A DNA stretch of 62,970 nucleotides, the filler included, from Craspedostauros australis (Eukaryota), in the NCBI GenBank assembly GCA_030167865.1. It is 8 parts of 8 records of this genome, joined end to end, with 100 filler letters (N's around TTAATTAATTAA, not from the genome) between each part and the next. Parts side by side here need not be neighbours in the genome. Positions count along the whole stretch, not along the records: positions 1 to 2,172 come from JALAGF010000735.1; positions 2,273 to 11,657 come from JALAGF010000736.1; 6 more parts are not named here. One strand, given 5' to 3'. Made by a program: the position numbers and the translations under genes. This document shows positions 1-11,200 of this stretch, piece by piece. The notes under the pieces were generated by a model. That model saw nothing but the letters and a program-made list of their open reading frames with translations. It searched no databases and had not been told where the DNA came from. Numbering within the stretch: the first letter of the stretch is position 1; each line of letters opens with the position of its first letter.

Positions 1-105
1 GACTGGATTATTGTGTTCTACATACCTCAAGCATAGAGACATCATCAAATCCTTGCGTTTGCACATTACCAGTGCGTATGGCACGATCATACCATTTCTA
101 CAGGT

Positions 106-1170
106 AAATAAATATATAACCCACTGATTAGCTGTTCCATACCCACGGCTGCGTCGTTGATGCTTTTCTCCGCCTCCTTTCAACTTCGCATGGCACGCGA
201 AGGGGGAACGGACTCGGGTCGATTGTGTTCCTTATGTTGATGTTGGTGCCGGTGTCGGTTTGCCCTGTGCTATCCTGAAGCCGTTGGGTGTACCCACCTT
301 CTTCCACTTGTACAAGGGCCCGCTAGCAACAGGCTCCTGTAGGATTGCGGCGGTTTGCTCCATCCACATCGCCAGGCCCGACGCTGGGGCTTGCCTGCCT
401 GGGTATGCGGATTTGGCATGGCCTAGAGCTGCGTCATTGTTGCTCAACTGATCGAGGATGGTCTGCACGCATTCCTGCATTGCTTGAAGCATGGCTCCTT
501 CCGCAGAGTCTTGACTGGTGTGCATATCATCATTGCATGAGAACCATTGGTCCCATGTGATGCGCCATATTCGCTGCATGATCTCAGCTGCCCATTTGCC
601 TGTGCTGTGTCATGATCCTTGTGATTCCAGAAAGAGGGCTTGTTGTTTCATCCACTGTATGCCCAGCAGCCCCAAGTTGTAGAGATTGTGGCCCAGCCTC
701 TTGCTGGTGCTGAGCCACTGCTGTGATGCCAAGCCCTGCATCAGGAGGTTGAAGATGCATGGTGCCTGCGGTCTGGCTTTTGAGCAGGGCTGTCACCACT
801 CGCATGAGTTGCGGGCTGGTGGGGCATCGCATCATCCATTTCTGCAGCCTGAGAATCCCTTGCCCTGCGATCTTGTGCCAGATCTCGGCCTGACAGCACC
901 AGAAGTGAGCCGTTATCTCTTCCTGGCTGCAGCTCTGGCATGTGCTGGATTCCTGGTGGCCCCATTGGTGCATGCACCTTCCGAATGCTGCCTCACCTGT
1001 CGCCAATTTGAAGGTCAGTGTGGCCTTTGCCCGATCCAGGCCCTGCATGGCCTTGCCCACTGTGTCCCATTCTATGTGCCTCCCATCATTTATCACCTTC
1101 CACTGCCTCAGTCTGTTGGAATGTGCATATGTATGTGTGCATCAGTCACCCATTGTTCTCTTGTAATCTG
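106..1170 (-). mobile_element. Decayed, 5'-truncated Ambal-like non-LTR retrotransposon (3' end of ORF2 plus 3' UTR)
   Basis: Broken ORFs 584-1096 and 232-579 resemble the ORF2 C-terminus of the intact element (FKLATGEAAFGRCMHQWG..CQSCSQEEITAHFWCC vs AKMSTGFIGVGVKLKQYG..CPWCGQAESVMHVVRC). It ends in TAATCAGTGGGTTA (130-117) plus a degenerate T/A tail. The 5' boundary is approximate. Confidence 0.75.
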
Positions 1171-1327
1171 CATGCAATCGACGCAAACGCCCGCGCCGAT
1201 AGTGAACTGTGATTGAACGAAATCACACGAATTCGGATACAACAAAACCTTCACAATTTCGGAAGGAAATGTGAGAACACTGTTTTCTGAGAGCATCAGA
1301 TACCCGGTCCATCCATCAACCAAGAGA

Positions 1328-1763
1328 TGTTGGCAAGTTTCGTGATTGGAAGCCTACGATCGTGGAAGATGGTGTTGGTTGATAGTCGTTCGTTTGCTAT
1401 TTCATTACTTGGCTACTCCGATCCTCTCGGTGTACGCCCGTTCTCTTGCACGATGCTCTCGATGCTTCAATCTGTTTTGTAGATTCGATCTCCGACTATG
1501 AGTCGGTACGTGAGATGCTCTCTCGCTCCTCTCTGTATTCTCCCTCTCTCTCAACATCATGTGCTTCGTGCTACACGATACTTCATGTTCGATGCATACT
1601 CCGCATTTGACACTCCGTTCATTCAGTACTGGCTCCTACTCCATGAGTACTCACCATTTGAAGTTCACCTTCTGTATCCATGATCTTGATGCCCTTCGGT
1701 CATTGATAGAACAGAATACAATACAGGGTACTTACTTCAAATAGAGACTGATCAGATCCGACA
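1328..1763. repeat. LTR-like dispersed repeat (probable solo LTR), copy A
   Basis: Begins TGTTGG and ends CCGACA (imperfect TG..CA inverted termini). 1328-1690 aligns by eye with 53992-54358. No target-site duplication seen. Confidence 0.6.
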
Positions 1764-2172
1764 ATGAAGTATGTAGATGGTTGGTATTGTGTGTGTGTGC
1801 TCAAGTAGGTGATTAAGTTAATGAAAGCTGGCCCAATTCTGATCTGTCGAAGTCAGAATTGTGAGCATGAAGAGTGCAATGCAAGATGATGATGATGATG
1901 CAATGAGATTGCACAAGTTTCACACAGCAATACTGCTGTAAAATGATGCCTTGCACTGTTGCATTCACATGTGGGAGGAAATGCATGTTTGCAAGCACAG
2001 AGGTGAAGACAAGATCAGATGGCACGTTCAGGTCCACGATGACCAGTACTGCCATAATTCTGAAGCTGTGCAATTGAGGACCTCTTATTCAGATCTATTG
2101 GATGAACCAATATATCTGAATTGCAAGGTGTCAACAAGATGGTGTGGAATTGAGGAATCAATATATCTGAAT

Positions 2173-2272
2173 NNNNNNNNNNNNNNNNNNNNNNNNNNNN
2201 NNNNNNNNNNNNNNNNTTAATTAATTAANNNNNNNNNNNNNNNNNNNNNNNNNNNNNNNNNNNNNNNNNNNN
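2173..2272. other. Assembly gap spacer (44 N + TTAATTAATTAA + 44 N)
   Basis: All-frame stop linker embedded in Ns. Identical spacers at 11658-11757, 38122-38221, 54359-54458, 57525-57624, 59419-59518 and 61390-61489. A plain N gap lies at 62763-62825. Confidence 0.97.
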
Positions 2273-2361
2273 CCAGTAGGTTTTGAATTCACGTAAGAGT
2301 CAGTACTGAAACTACGGTTATCGCCAACGGTTTCGGAACTCGTGAACGTACGTTGCCAACA

Positions 2362-5244
2362 ATGACAAAACGCATAAAATTTAAAAAGACACAGAGTGTT
2401 TACAAGACCAGCATGACGCCAATGACAAAGGACGACGATGGTGACCCCTCCCGCAGCAAACAGCGCAAGAAACAAGTGAATTTCGGAGGAGTTACGATTT
2501 CGGGCATTCCCAACAACGGCATCGCTAAAAAGCAAGCGGTGTGGACGTCAGAGGAAGAGACAGAGGCAAAAAGGAAGATGACGACGAGCAACGCCAAGCC
2601 GTATCCGGAATGCGTAGGAGCAGGAGACTCGGTCAACACAGCATGGCGGGTCGTTCGGAGCCACCTTGACTGTGAAAGAGGGGACCTGGAGTCGATGGAA
2701 GCATGGGTCGATGTGTTCAAGAAAGGCAGAGCTTGTCACTGGGACGCAGCCACAAACCAGAAGGTCCAACAGATGGAAGCAAGGCTGCTGGCCACGAAAG
2801 CAGACATGTTTCCACCAGTGTTCTGGGAAGAAGGGAACATCATGGGCAGCATCATGACCAACCCTTGGATAGCAGCTCGCAAGGTCAACACAGCCAACCC
2901 AGCGGAATCACCGGAGAAGCGACGTAGAATCGGCGACACTGAAAAGGCAAAGTCAAACAAGCCAATGAACCAGCACACCAACGGTAGACAAGAGGACAAG
3001 GACACCGCGTCAGCACCCAAGGCCACAACCAACAAGAAGAAGCCAAGCCCGATCAACACAAAAGACGCCGGAAAACCAGTGAGCTGTACCAGCAACCCAT
3101 ACAAGAAGGGCTCCCCGACATTCGCAGAGGCGTTGAAATCGGTACCAATGACAACAGGCAAAGACGGGGCAGTTTTGCTTCCAGCCAACCAGTTCTTCCT
3201 GAGCAAACCCATGGTGAAAAGAGACCACAAACGCAACGTCAATGAATCCCTGGGCAGGCAGTTCAGTACCTACTGCACGTTTCGAAGCCCTACTCTGAAA
3301 GGCAAGGACAAGGCCGTGGAGAAGGAGGTGACCGAAGCACTAGCAATGGTCATGGAACACTTATTCACCCAGGACCCCGACCTTGTTATCCACAGGTGGG
3401 ACGGTCAGGGTCAAGGACTTACTGCAAGCAGTGACAGAGTGACCTCCGCCTCCAAGATCAGACACTACGTGAACAAGATGTACACAAAGGCAGGGAAACA
3501 AACCTGGTGCCGTTTCTACTTCTCACACAACAAGGAGTGGGCTGAACTGCAGGACGATGGACAGCTGTCAGACAACGACATCATCTTGTCCAAATGCACT
3601 GTTCAAGCAAGGGAAGAAGTGCCAGTCGGGTGGTTTTGCGCGAGTCATAGATCCACCAATTGCAACGACCTGACTGAAGCCATCAACAACCTGGAAGACG
3701 TCGTGAAAGCAAAGATCAAGGTCGGCATCAGGATGCAAGCAATCAAACTGGACAAGTATGAGAAAATCAAGAAAGAGGACCAGGTCTACGCAGCTCACAT
3801 CTTGGCGAGTAAGGAGGACTCCATCAAGTGCGAGCAGATTATGGGCAAGCTTTTTGCGGCAGGAAAGAACAGAATCCTAGGCAAGCGGCTCCGCTTCATT
3901 TCGGACCTCACGGATGAACAACGACCAGCAACTCATGAAGACAGACGCAACGCGATGCTCTACAAAAAGAAGCAGAAGGAGTTCTTGGAGGGCACGAAGA
4001 CCACCATCGTTTCCTTCATCCACGGACTCGACTATGTGGAGCCCAAGAACAAGGTATCCCTGCGCAACGTCCTCTCTAAGCTGATGTCAACATCAGGAGA
4101 CAAAGAAGGGTCAGCGCTGTTCTTGGCGGTGGAGAACGGAAGAAATTGGGGGGACACGGTATTTGTCTATAGTCAGGAGGTGGCAGATGAGGCAAGCATG
4201 ATTATCCCGCTCCTTCCCACTGTCATATACAAGTACTGCGGAGGCAAAGCAGCAACCTGGTTCACGGACTATATCTGGGACGCCAACACCAGCTACGAAA
4301 TGAACATGCACGGAGAGATTATCAAGGCGGATTGGGAGAGAGATATCCTCAAGAAACAGGTGGATGACGAGTGGTACGCCAGCATGGGACTTCAACGTCC
4401 AGAAGAAGACACAGAACAACAGGAGGACGCACAACCCAAGATGACCTTCGCCATTGACTTTGGTACGGTCCCGAAGACCATGGATGGAGACCACGGATCG
4501 GTAGGGGTGATGCGACGATGGCACAACTGCGACGACGTTTCATTGAAATCAGCCATAACGTCGATGAAATCGCAGTGTCCGGAAGCCAAAAAAGAGACAA
4601 TGCGAGTGGTTGGCGAGGCGATGAAAAAGCTGGAAGTGATTGACCCGCAGGCTAGAGCCCAATGGATGGAAGCTCTGCTGGGCCCCAGTGTAGCCGAGCA
4701 GCCACAACGCGCCAACACCAACGACGTGGAAGCCCAACCAGGACAGGATCGGCTCGGGCAGACTCCGGAAGGCAGGGACGTCGACCAACCAACCCAATCC
4801 TTGCAAGCGCTCAGAGACCGGAACAAAGACGACGATTTCGTGGGCGAAGCGGACGACGGATCCATGTCAGATGTGTCTATGGAGTCTGCAACTCCATATG
4901 GCGGAGACGATGCACACCATGCCGAGGTAGTCAACCTGGTGGACATTTCGTCAGACGACGGATCGGTGGAACCATCAACCCAGCTAACCACCCGCACAAT
5001 GCAAACAAGAGGCCAAACCAAGAAACACCAGAAGTCAGCACTTCAGAACAACAGAAAGGGGAGCATCCCTGAGAGTGAGGAACCCAGAAGAGCGGTTAGC
5101 CCAGTGAAGAAGGCCCGACCAAAGAAGGGTGCACCAAAGGGGAGGAAAGAAGGGCCAAGCGTGAGGCCAACAACGCAGCAAGGAACAACTGCGCCAACCA
5201 ACGATTCCACTGCCAGCGACGAGAGGGTCGCAGGCCAAGCATGA
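2362..5244 (+). CDS. Retrotransposon ORF1 protein (~960 aa, Lys-rich/disordered termini, no recognisable RRM or zinc knuckle)
   Basis: Open frame from TTG 2353 with first ATG at 2362. Lies immediately upstream of the RT ORF; its TGA overlaps the ORF2 ATG. Confidence 0.88.
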   Translation: MTKRIKFKKTQSVYKTSMTPMTKDDDGDPSRSKQRKKQVNFGGVTISGIPNNGIAKKQAVWTSEEETEAKRKMTTSNAKPYPECVGAGDSVNTAWRVVRSHLDCERGDLESMEAWVDVFKKGRACHWDAATNQKVQQMEARLLATKADMFPPVFWEEGNIMGSIMTNPWIAARKVNTANPAESPEKRRRIGDTEKAKSNKPMNQHTNGRQEDKDTASAPKATTNKKKPSPINTKDAGKPVSCTSNPYKKGSPTFAEALKSVPMTTGKDGAVLLPANQFFLSKPMVKRDHKRNVNESLGRQFSTYCTFRSPTLKGKDKAVEKEVTEALAMVMEHLFTQDPDLVIHRWDGQGQGLTASSDRVTSASKIRHYVNKMYTKAGKQTWCRFYFSHNKEWAELQDDGQLSDNDIILSKCTVQAREEVPVGWFCASHRSTNCNDLTEAINNLEDVVKAKIKVGIRMQAIKLDKYEKIKKEDQVYAAHILASKEDSIKCEQIMGKLFAAGKNRILGKRLRFISDLTDEQRPATHEDRRNAMLYKKKQKEFLEGTKTTIVSFIHGLDYVEPKNKVSLRNVLSKLMSTSGDKEGSALFLAVENGRNWGDTVFVYSQEVADEASMIIPLLPTVIYKYCGGKAATWFTDYIWDANTSYEMNMHGEIIKADWERDILKKQVDDEWYASMGLQRPEEDTEQQEDAQPKMTFAIDFGTVPKTMDGDHGSVGVMRRWHNCDDVSLKSAITSMKSQCPEAKKETMRVVGEAMKKLEVIDPQARAQWMEALLGPSVAEQPQRANTNDVEAQPGQDRLGQTPEGRDVDQPTQSLQALRDRNKDDDFVGEADDGSMSDVSMESATPYGGDDAHHAEVVNLVDISSDDGSVEPSTQLTTRTMQTRGQTKKHQKSALQNNRKGSIPESEEPRRAVSPVKKARPKKGAPKGRKEGPSVRPTTQQGTTAPTNDSTASDERVAGQA

Positions 5245-8200
5245 GAGTCCCTTTGGAGACAAACAAGGGAGGGCACCCGAAAAGGGAGTCGTCCCAGCTG
5301 GTGCGAGGGCGTAAAAAGGAGGGAGGGCGGACGCAACCAGAGGCAAAGGAGCCACCGAGCAAGGAGACACAGGAAGAACAAAACAGAGGATACAACAACA
5401 CATGCAACACAAGGCCAAAGGAGCCACCAACGATGACAAAAGAGGTGAGATCAACTAACATACCGGCGGGCCATTGTTCGTCACTAACTGGTAATACAAA
5501 TAACGACGACCGCCGTAAAACAGCCTCAACGAGGGAAAGGAGAGGAACAGAGCGAGTCCCGCCAACTGAAACCACAACGACTGACAGGGACGAGTCGACA
5601 GAACGAGAAGCGCGCGAACCGAGGACCCATGACAGATCCCCACCACAAAGGGCACGCGAAATGCCAGAGGAAGGAATTTTCGGCAACAGAATGAGAACTC
5701 CGGACACAGGAGCGATACGACTGGCGTTCCAAAACATTGGAAGATTGCCGGTGGAGCCATGGAAAGGAAAAAACAAGCAAATCGGAGAAGAGATACAGAA
5801 AAGGCACATTGACGTGCTGATGCTGGCGGAGATAGGGCTCAACTGGAGGGCAATGAAGGAAGGAGACTCCTGGGCCCGACGAGTGGGTCACTGGAAAATG
5901 CGAGCCAAAGCGACGGCATCCTACAACCACAATTGCGCATCAACAAACAAAGTGCAATTTGGAGGCACGGGCATAGTCACTGCCAACGGCTTGTCCAAGA
6001 GGGTGGTGGATGAGGGCGAGGACCTGAGCCGCCTGGGAAGATGGGTTTGGCAACGAATTGAGGGACGGAAGGGTAAACATATCCGGGTGGTGGCCGCCTA
6101 CAGGGCGTGCGCGTCCTCTAGGCCAACTTCCACGTGGGCACAACAGCGTACCCACCTGCTAGAACAAGGAGACAACAGGGAACCAAGAGAAGCGATGCTA
6201 CTCGACCTGGCACAAGCAATCCAAGAATGGAAACAAGAAGGAGACGGCGTGATAGTGGGCATCGACGCGAATCAGGACGTCGCCAAAGGCAGTTGCGCAG
6301 AGATGTTCGAGGCACTCGGAATGCGCGAAGCCATCACTGAGCTGCATCGAGGGCATCAACGACAGGCTACCCAGCACCGCAACAAGACCCACGTCCCGAT
6401 CGACGGCTTGTATGCGACAAAGGACATTGAAGTCACAGCGGCCGGGTACGCAGGTTTTGGCGAGGCCATCCACTCCGACCACCGCATGATATGGATCGAC
6501 ATCAAGGAGTCAAGTGCGATTGGCAAATTGAACCCATTGGTGGGCGTGGAACCAAGACGCCTGCGAATGGCGGACAAAGCGGCAGTGCAAGCGTACCAGG
6601 AATCCCTTTGGAAGAAGGCGCAACAGCTGGGATTTCATTGGAGGATGGAAGAGTTGGAGCAAGCAGTGAGGCTGCAGGGTACCGTGACGGCGGAGTTGGC
6701 CACCGAATACGACAGCATCGACAAGGGTATGGACAAACTGCGCATGGAGACCGAGCGCGAGTGTAGGAAGCTCAAGATGGGGGCACTGGAGTGGTCACCA
6801 ATGCTGAAACGACTACGAGACACAGTGAGACTGTGGACAGCAGTGCAGAAAAAGTACAGCAACATACACATCAGCTCGTCGCTCATCCGTCGGTTATCCA
6901 AAAGGCTTGGGATCCAGCGACCTCGTCAACTGGGGCCAGCAGAAGTGGCAACCAGATTGGTTGAGGCACGCAAAGCCTACAAAGAGGCCAAGCCCCGTGC
7001 ATCCCAGATGCGTGATGACTTTATGAGGGACAAAGGAGAGAAAGAAGCAGCCAAATGGGGGACGGCCATTGAGAGCACCCCTAGCCACGTCCGCAGGGCG
7101 AGAGAACGACAGATCCGAGACAACCGGAGGTTAAAGGCGTGCCTGAAACCAAAGCAAACCCTGGCTACCAAGGTCACGCTTACTGACGACGACGGAAATG
7201 TCACAGTGTGTGATACAAAACATACCATCGAAGTGGCTTGCATCGAAGAAAACAAGCGAAGGTTCCATCAGACAGTGGGTACCCCGTTTACGACCGGACG
7301 TCTCCGCAGCCGGTTTGGTTTCTTGGCCGACACCCAAGAAGCCGATGCCGTGTATAAGGGAGAGTGGCAGCCCACGGTACAGGAGGACATGTATCCGCGG
7401 ATGCTGTTGTCTCAGGTGGGGCTTACACCATCGGCGGTCCCGAATTCCACATTTACCATCGAGGACCATGTCGAAGGCTGGGCAAAACAGAAAGAGAGAA
7501 CAGCGTCGGAGCCATCGGCACCGCATTTCGGGCATTTTAAGGCGGCGGCGGAACATGAAGGTCTGGCAGCCATTGACTGCAGGTTGCGCAGGATACCATA
7601 CGAAACAGGATTCACCCCAGCATCGTGGACGGTGATGACAGACTTCCAAATCCTCAAAAAAGCAGGAGTATTCGACGTCACCAAGATGCGGACCATTCAG
7701 CTCTTCCACCCGGCCTTCAACATGAACAATAAGAAGCTGGGAAGGGACCTCATGGTTACAGCTGAAAGCAACAATCGCATGGCCACAGAACAATTCGGCA
7801 GTCGAAAAGGCCACAAGGCGTCAACCGCAGCCCTGTGCAAAAGGGTGGTGGTGGATGTGATGCGCCAAAAACGACAAGACGGGGCAATCTGCTCTAACGA
7901 CGCCAAGTCGTGCTATGATCGGGTGGTCCACAGTGTGGCCTCCATGGCCATGGTGCATGCTGGGGGGCGAAGGTCAGCGGTGAGGTCGATGTTTGGCACC
8001 CTACAGAAGGCGCGACACCACGTCAGGACGGCATACGGAGTGTCAGATCGCTCGTACGGCAATACAGGGTGGACGCCGATGCAAGGGCTGGCTCAAGGAA
8101 ACGGCTGCGGGCCGGCGGCCTGGGCAGCTATAAGCTCCCCGATGTTCGAAGCAATGCGGTCCAAACAACACGGAGCGCGGTTCAAGTCGGCCCTTAGCGG

Positions 8201-11200
8201 TCAGGAAGTCAGCCTGGTGGGTTTGAGTTTTGTTGATGATGCGGATTTGATGATCTCGCAACCAAATGAGCACTTCAGTACCGTGGCACAACGAACTCAG
8301 GCAGCGCTCACAGATTGGGAAGGGGTTCTCCGAGCAACAGGAGGAGCCTTGGTGCCGGCCAAAAGCTTCTGGTGGGGTCTGTCGTTTGAGTACAGGTCTG
8401 GAGGGTGGAGGATGCAAGCGGCCCGAGCGACTCCAGCCCAGGTGAGAGTGCGGGATGCGGCAGGGATCCAAACGGAGCTGCGGAGGCTCGACCCACGCGA
8501 GTCAGAACAAACTCTGGGTGTATTCATGAACATGGAGGGTACTTCAGAGGCACAGGTGCGATACCTGAGGCGGAAGGCCGACGACTTTGCGGACAAAGTG
8601 GTTTCCGGAGGCCTGCGACAAGATTTGGTGTGGATGGCAATCACTACGAGGATTACTAAGACGTTGGAATACCCCATGGAGGCAATCACTCTTACCCAAC
8701 GGCAGTGGGACTTCATATACGCGCCGATTTGGACTAAGGCCCTTCCCCGAGGGGGTGTGGCCCGGTCGTTCCCAAGAGCTGTGCTTTACGGGCCCAGGGC
8801 CCATGGGGGGATTGGGATGCGCAACCCCGCGGTTTGGCAGCTGTCGGTGCAAATACAGTCGATGGCTCATGAGGTGAACACAGGCTCCATCACAGGCCGA
8901 ATGATCCAGCTGTCGATCGAACAAACCAAGCTTGAGACCGCCGGAGGCGGACCACTTTTCCAGCAAAGCTTTGCCGAATGCAAGGGCCACATCACGCCGA
9001 CGTGGGTGACCCAAGTGTGGTCGAACGCCCAGCGCTTCGGTGTTTCCATTGTGGAGACGGGGGTGTCAATCGAGAGACAACGAGTGGGAGATGTGTTCTT
9101 GCTGGACAGCTGGCGCTGTCAGGGGTATAGCTCCAAGCAGAAGGCGGTGCTCAATGAATGCCGCATGCAACTGGGGGTGGTTACCCTTGCGGATATGGTG
9201 ACAGCGGATGGTACCAGCATCATGCGACTGGCCTTTGACGGAGTTCAGGCGGGAACCCAGGGATCCAGCGGGCGCCCTCGCGTGCCACGGAAGCTTACCC
9301 GCAAACACTGGCTGCTGTGGCAAGAGTGGATTGAAGGATTGACGGAGGGCCGCCATCTGCGCTTACGACGACGAATGCAGGCGTGGCTGCGGGATGACAG
9401 GGGGTGGTTGTGGTGGCGACGGCCCAATGACGACGGTGTCGCATGGCAGCGGTTGGACTCCGGCTTCCGAGTGTGGCGCAGGACGCAAGGTCGGAGGGCA
9501 AGAAGGGCGGAGTTCCAAGCCACCAACGAGGTGAGCGCACGCCTGCCTACGCATGCCCGGCGCTCCTCCGTCCAGTGTGTGAACCCCCATGGGGTGGTGC
9601 TCGCAGTGGTAGAAACGCCACGAATAGGGGAGACAGTGCCAAATACTCCGCGCGACAAGCCCGACGGTTCAAATCAAGCCTGGGAGCGGGACCAGGTGTC
9701 GGGCGATGCGTCAGACGCGGAACTGAGAGCGGCCATTCGCAGAGGGGATCTTATGGCGGTCAGTGATGGCTCGTTCAAGCGAGGATTTGGGACGTCGGCC
9801 TACGTCTTACACATCATGGACTCCGGGGTGCAGCGCACGGGGTGCAACGTAGTGCCAGGGGCAAGGGAAGTGCAGTCGGCGTACCGAAGTGAACTAGCTG
9901 GAGTGGCTGGGGTTCTGCGTGAGCTCGTGGAGCTGGAAAGGGGCGGCGACCTCGGACCAGGACCGGTAGTGATAGGGTTAGACGGGATGAAGGCGATGGA
10001 GAACAGCAGGGATGGAGTGGCACATGTGGGCAGGCCGTCGTTCGATATGCTAGATCATATCAAGGCGCTGCGTCGGAGGTTGGCTGTGGCGGTGCGTTTC
10101 CGGTGGGTGCGAGGGCACCAGGACGACCAGTCGGAAGTGCTGGATCAATGGGCGCTTCTCAATGTCCACTGCGATTCGGAGGCCAAAAAGTACTGGGACA
10201 AGATGCAGCACAAGACACCACCCCAGTGGCGCAGCGACGGCTCATTTGCCTGGAAGTTGTACGTGGGAGACATGAAGTCGTCTTGGGCGGCCGCAGGCAT
10301 ACATGATGCAGTGGTAGGCGGGGCGGTTGAGACCTATTGGGACAAGAAAATGGGGCGAGTGCGACAGGACAGCGGCTCTATTGAGGCCCACGGGCGCCGA
10401 AGTGCATGTGCGAGAGCATCCTGGAAGCAGCGGCTGTTTGTGGCAAAGATGTCCACGGGCTTTATCGGGGTCGGCGTCAAGCTGAAGCAGTACGGCGCCG
10501 AAGAGCGGTGCCCGTGGTGTGGGCAGGCCGAGTCCGTTATGCATGTGGTCAGGTGTTCAGCTTCAGGAGGAGGCTGGGAGGAGTGCTTTCAACAGTACGT
10601 GGAGGAGTTGGAGACCATCGGTACGAGTGGTCCGCTTGTCAGCTTGGTCTACTCAAGTCTTCGGGGGTTCTGTGGCCGTGCTGTGAGGGAGGGCTTCCAG
10701 GAGGAGGTTCCTGTGCGATGGTGGCCCGTTCTCATGGGCTGGATACCGCGAGATTGGTGTGAGCAGCAACAGAGGTGGTTCGTGGAGCACGGGTCGGGAC
10801 GGCGTTTCTACACCGTGGAGTCCTGGGCCCGCGACGCGGTTCTGGCAGGTTGGCGCTTTGTGCACAGCATGTGGCGGTGTCGTAATCAGGCTAAGCAAGC
10901 GGAGGCGGCAGTCCTCGCCGCGATGAGTGCGCGACGTGAGGAGCTAGAGGAGGTCACGGAGAGACACAACGGTTTCAGTGGGTGGGAGGGGTGCGACTTG
11001 GCAGTGGCCGGGAGTGGTGCTGCACCTAGTCCGTTGGCGGGGGCTGACACGAGACGAGCATGGCTTCGGTTTGTGCGCGCAGTGCGTGCACGGGCCCCGG
11101 ACAATGTCGCTGTGGAGGCGGCGGACTCCGGCGGCAGTGCGGTCGGCTCGAATCCACCAGATACGGGAGGGTCAGGCGAGTTTGCATGGTACAGCAGGGA

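Noticed and set aside
2217..2228. Recurrent TTAATTAATTAA palindrome as a biological repeat or target site
   Set aside because: Always centred in a 100-bp N block; it is an artificial contig linker with stops in all frames.
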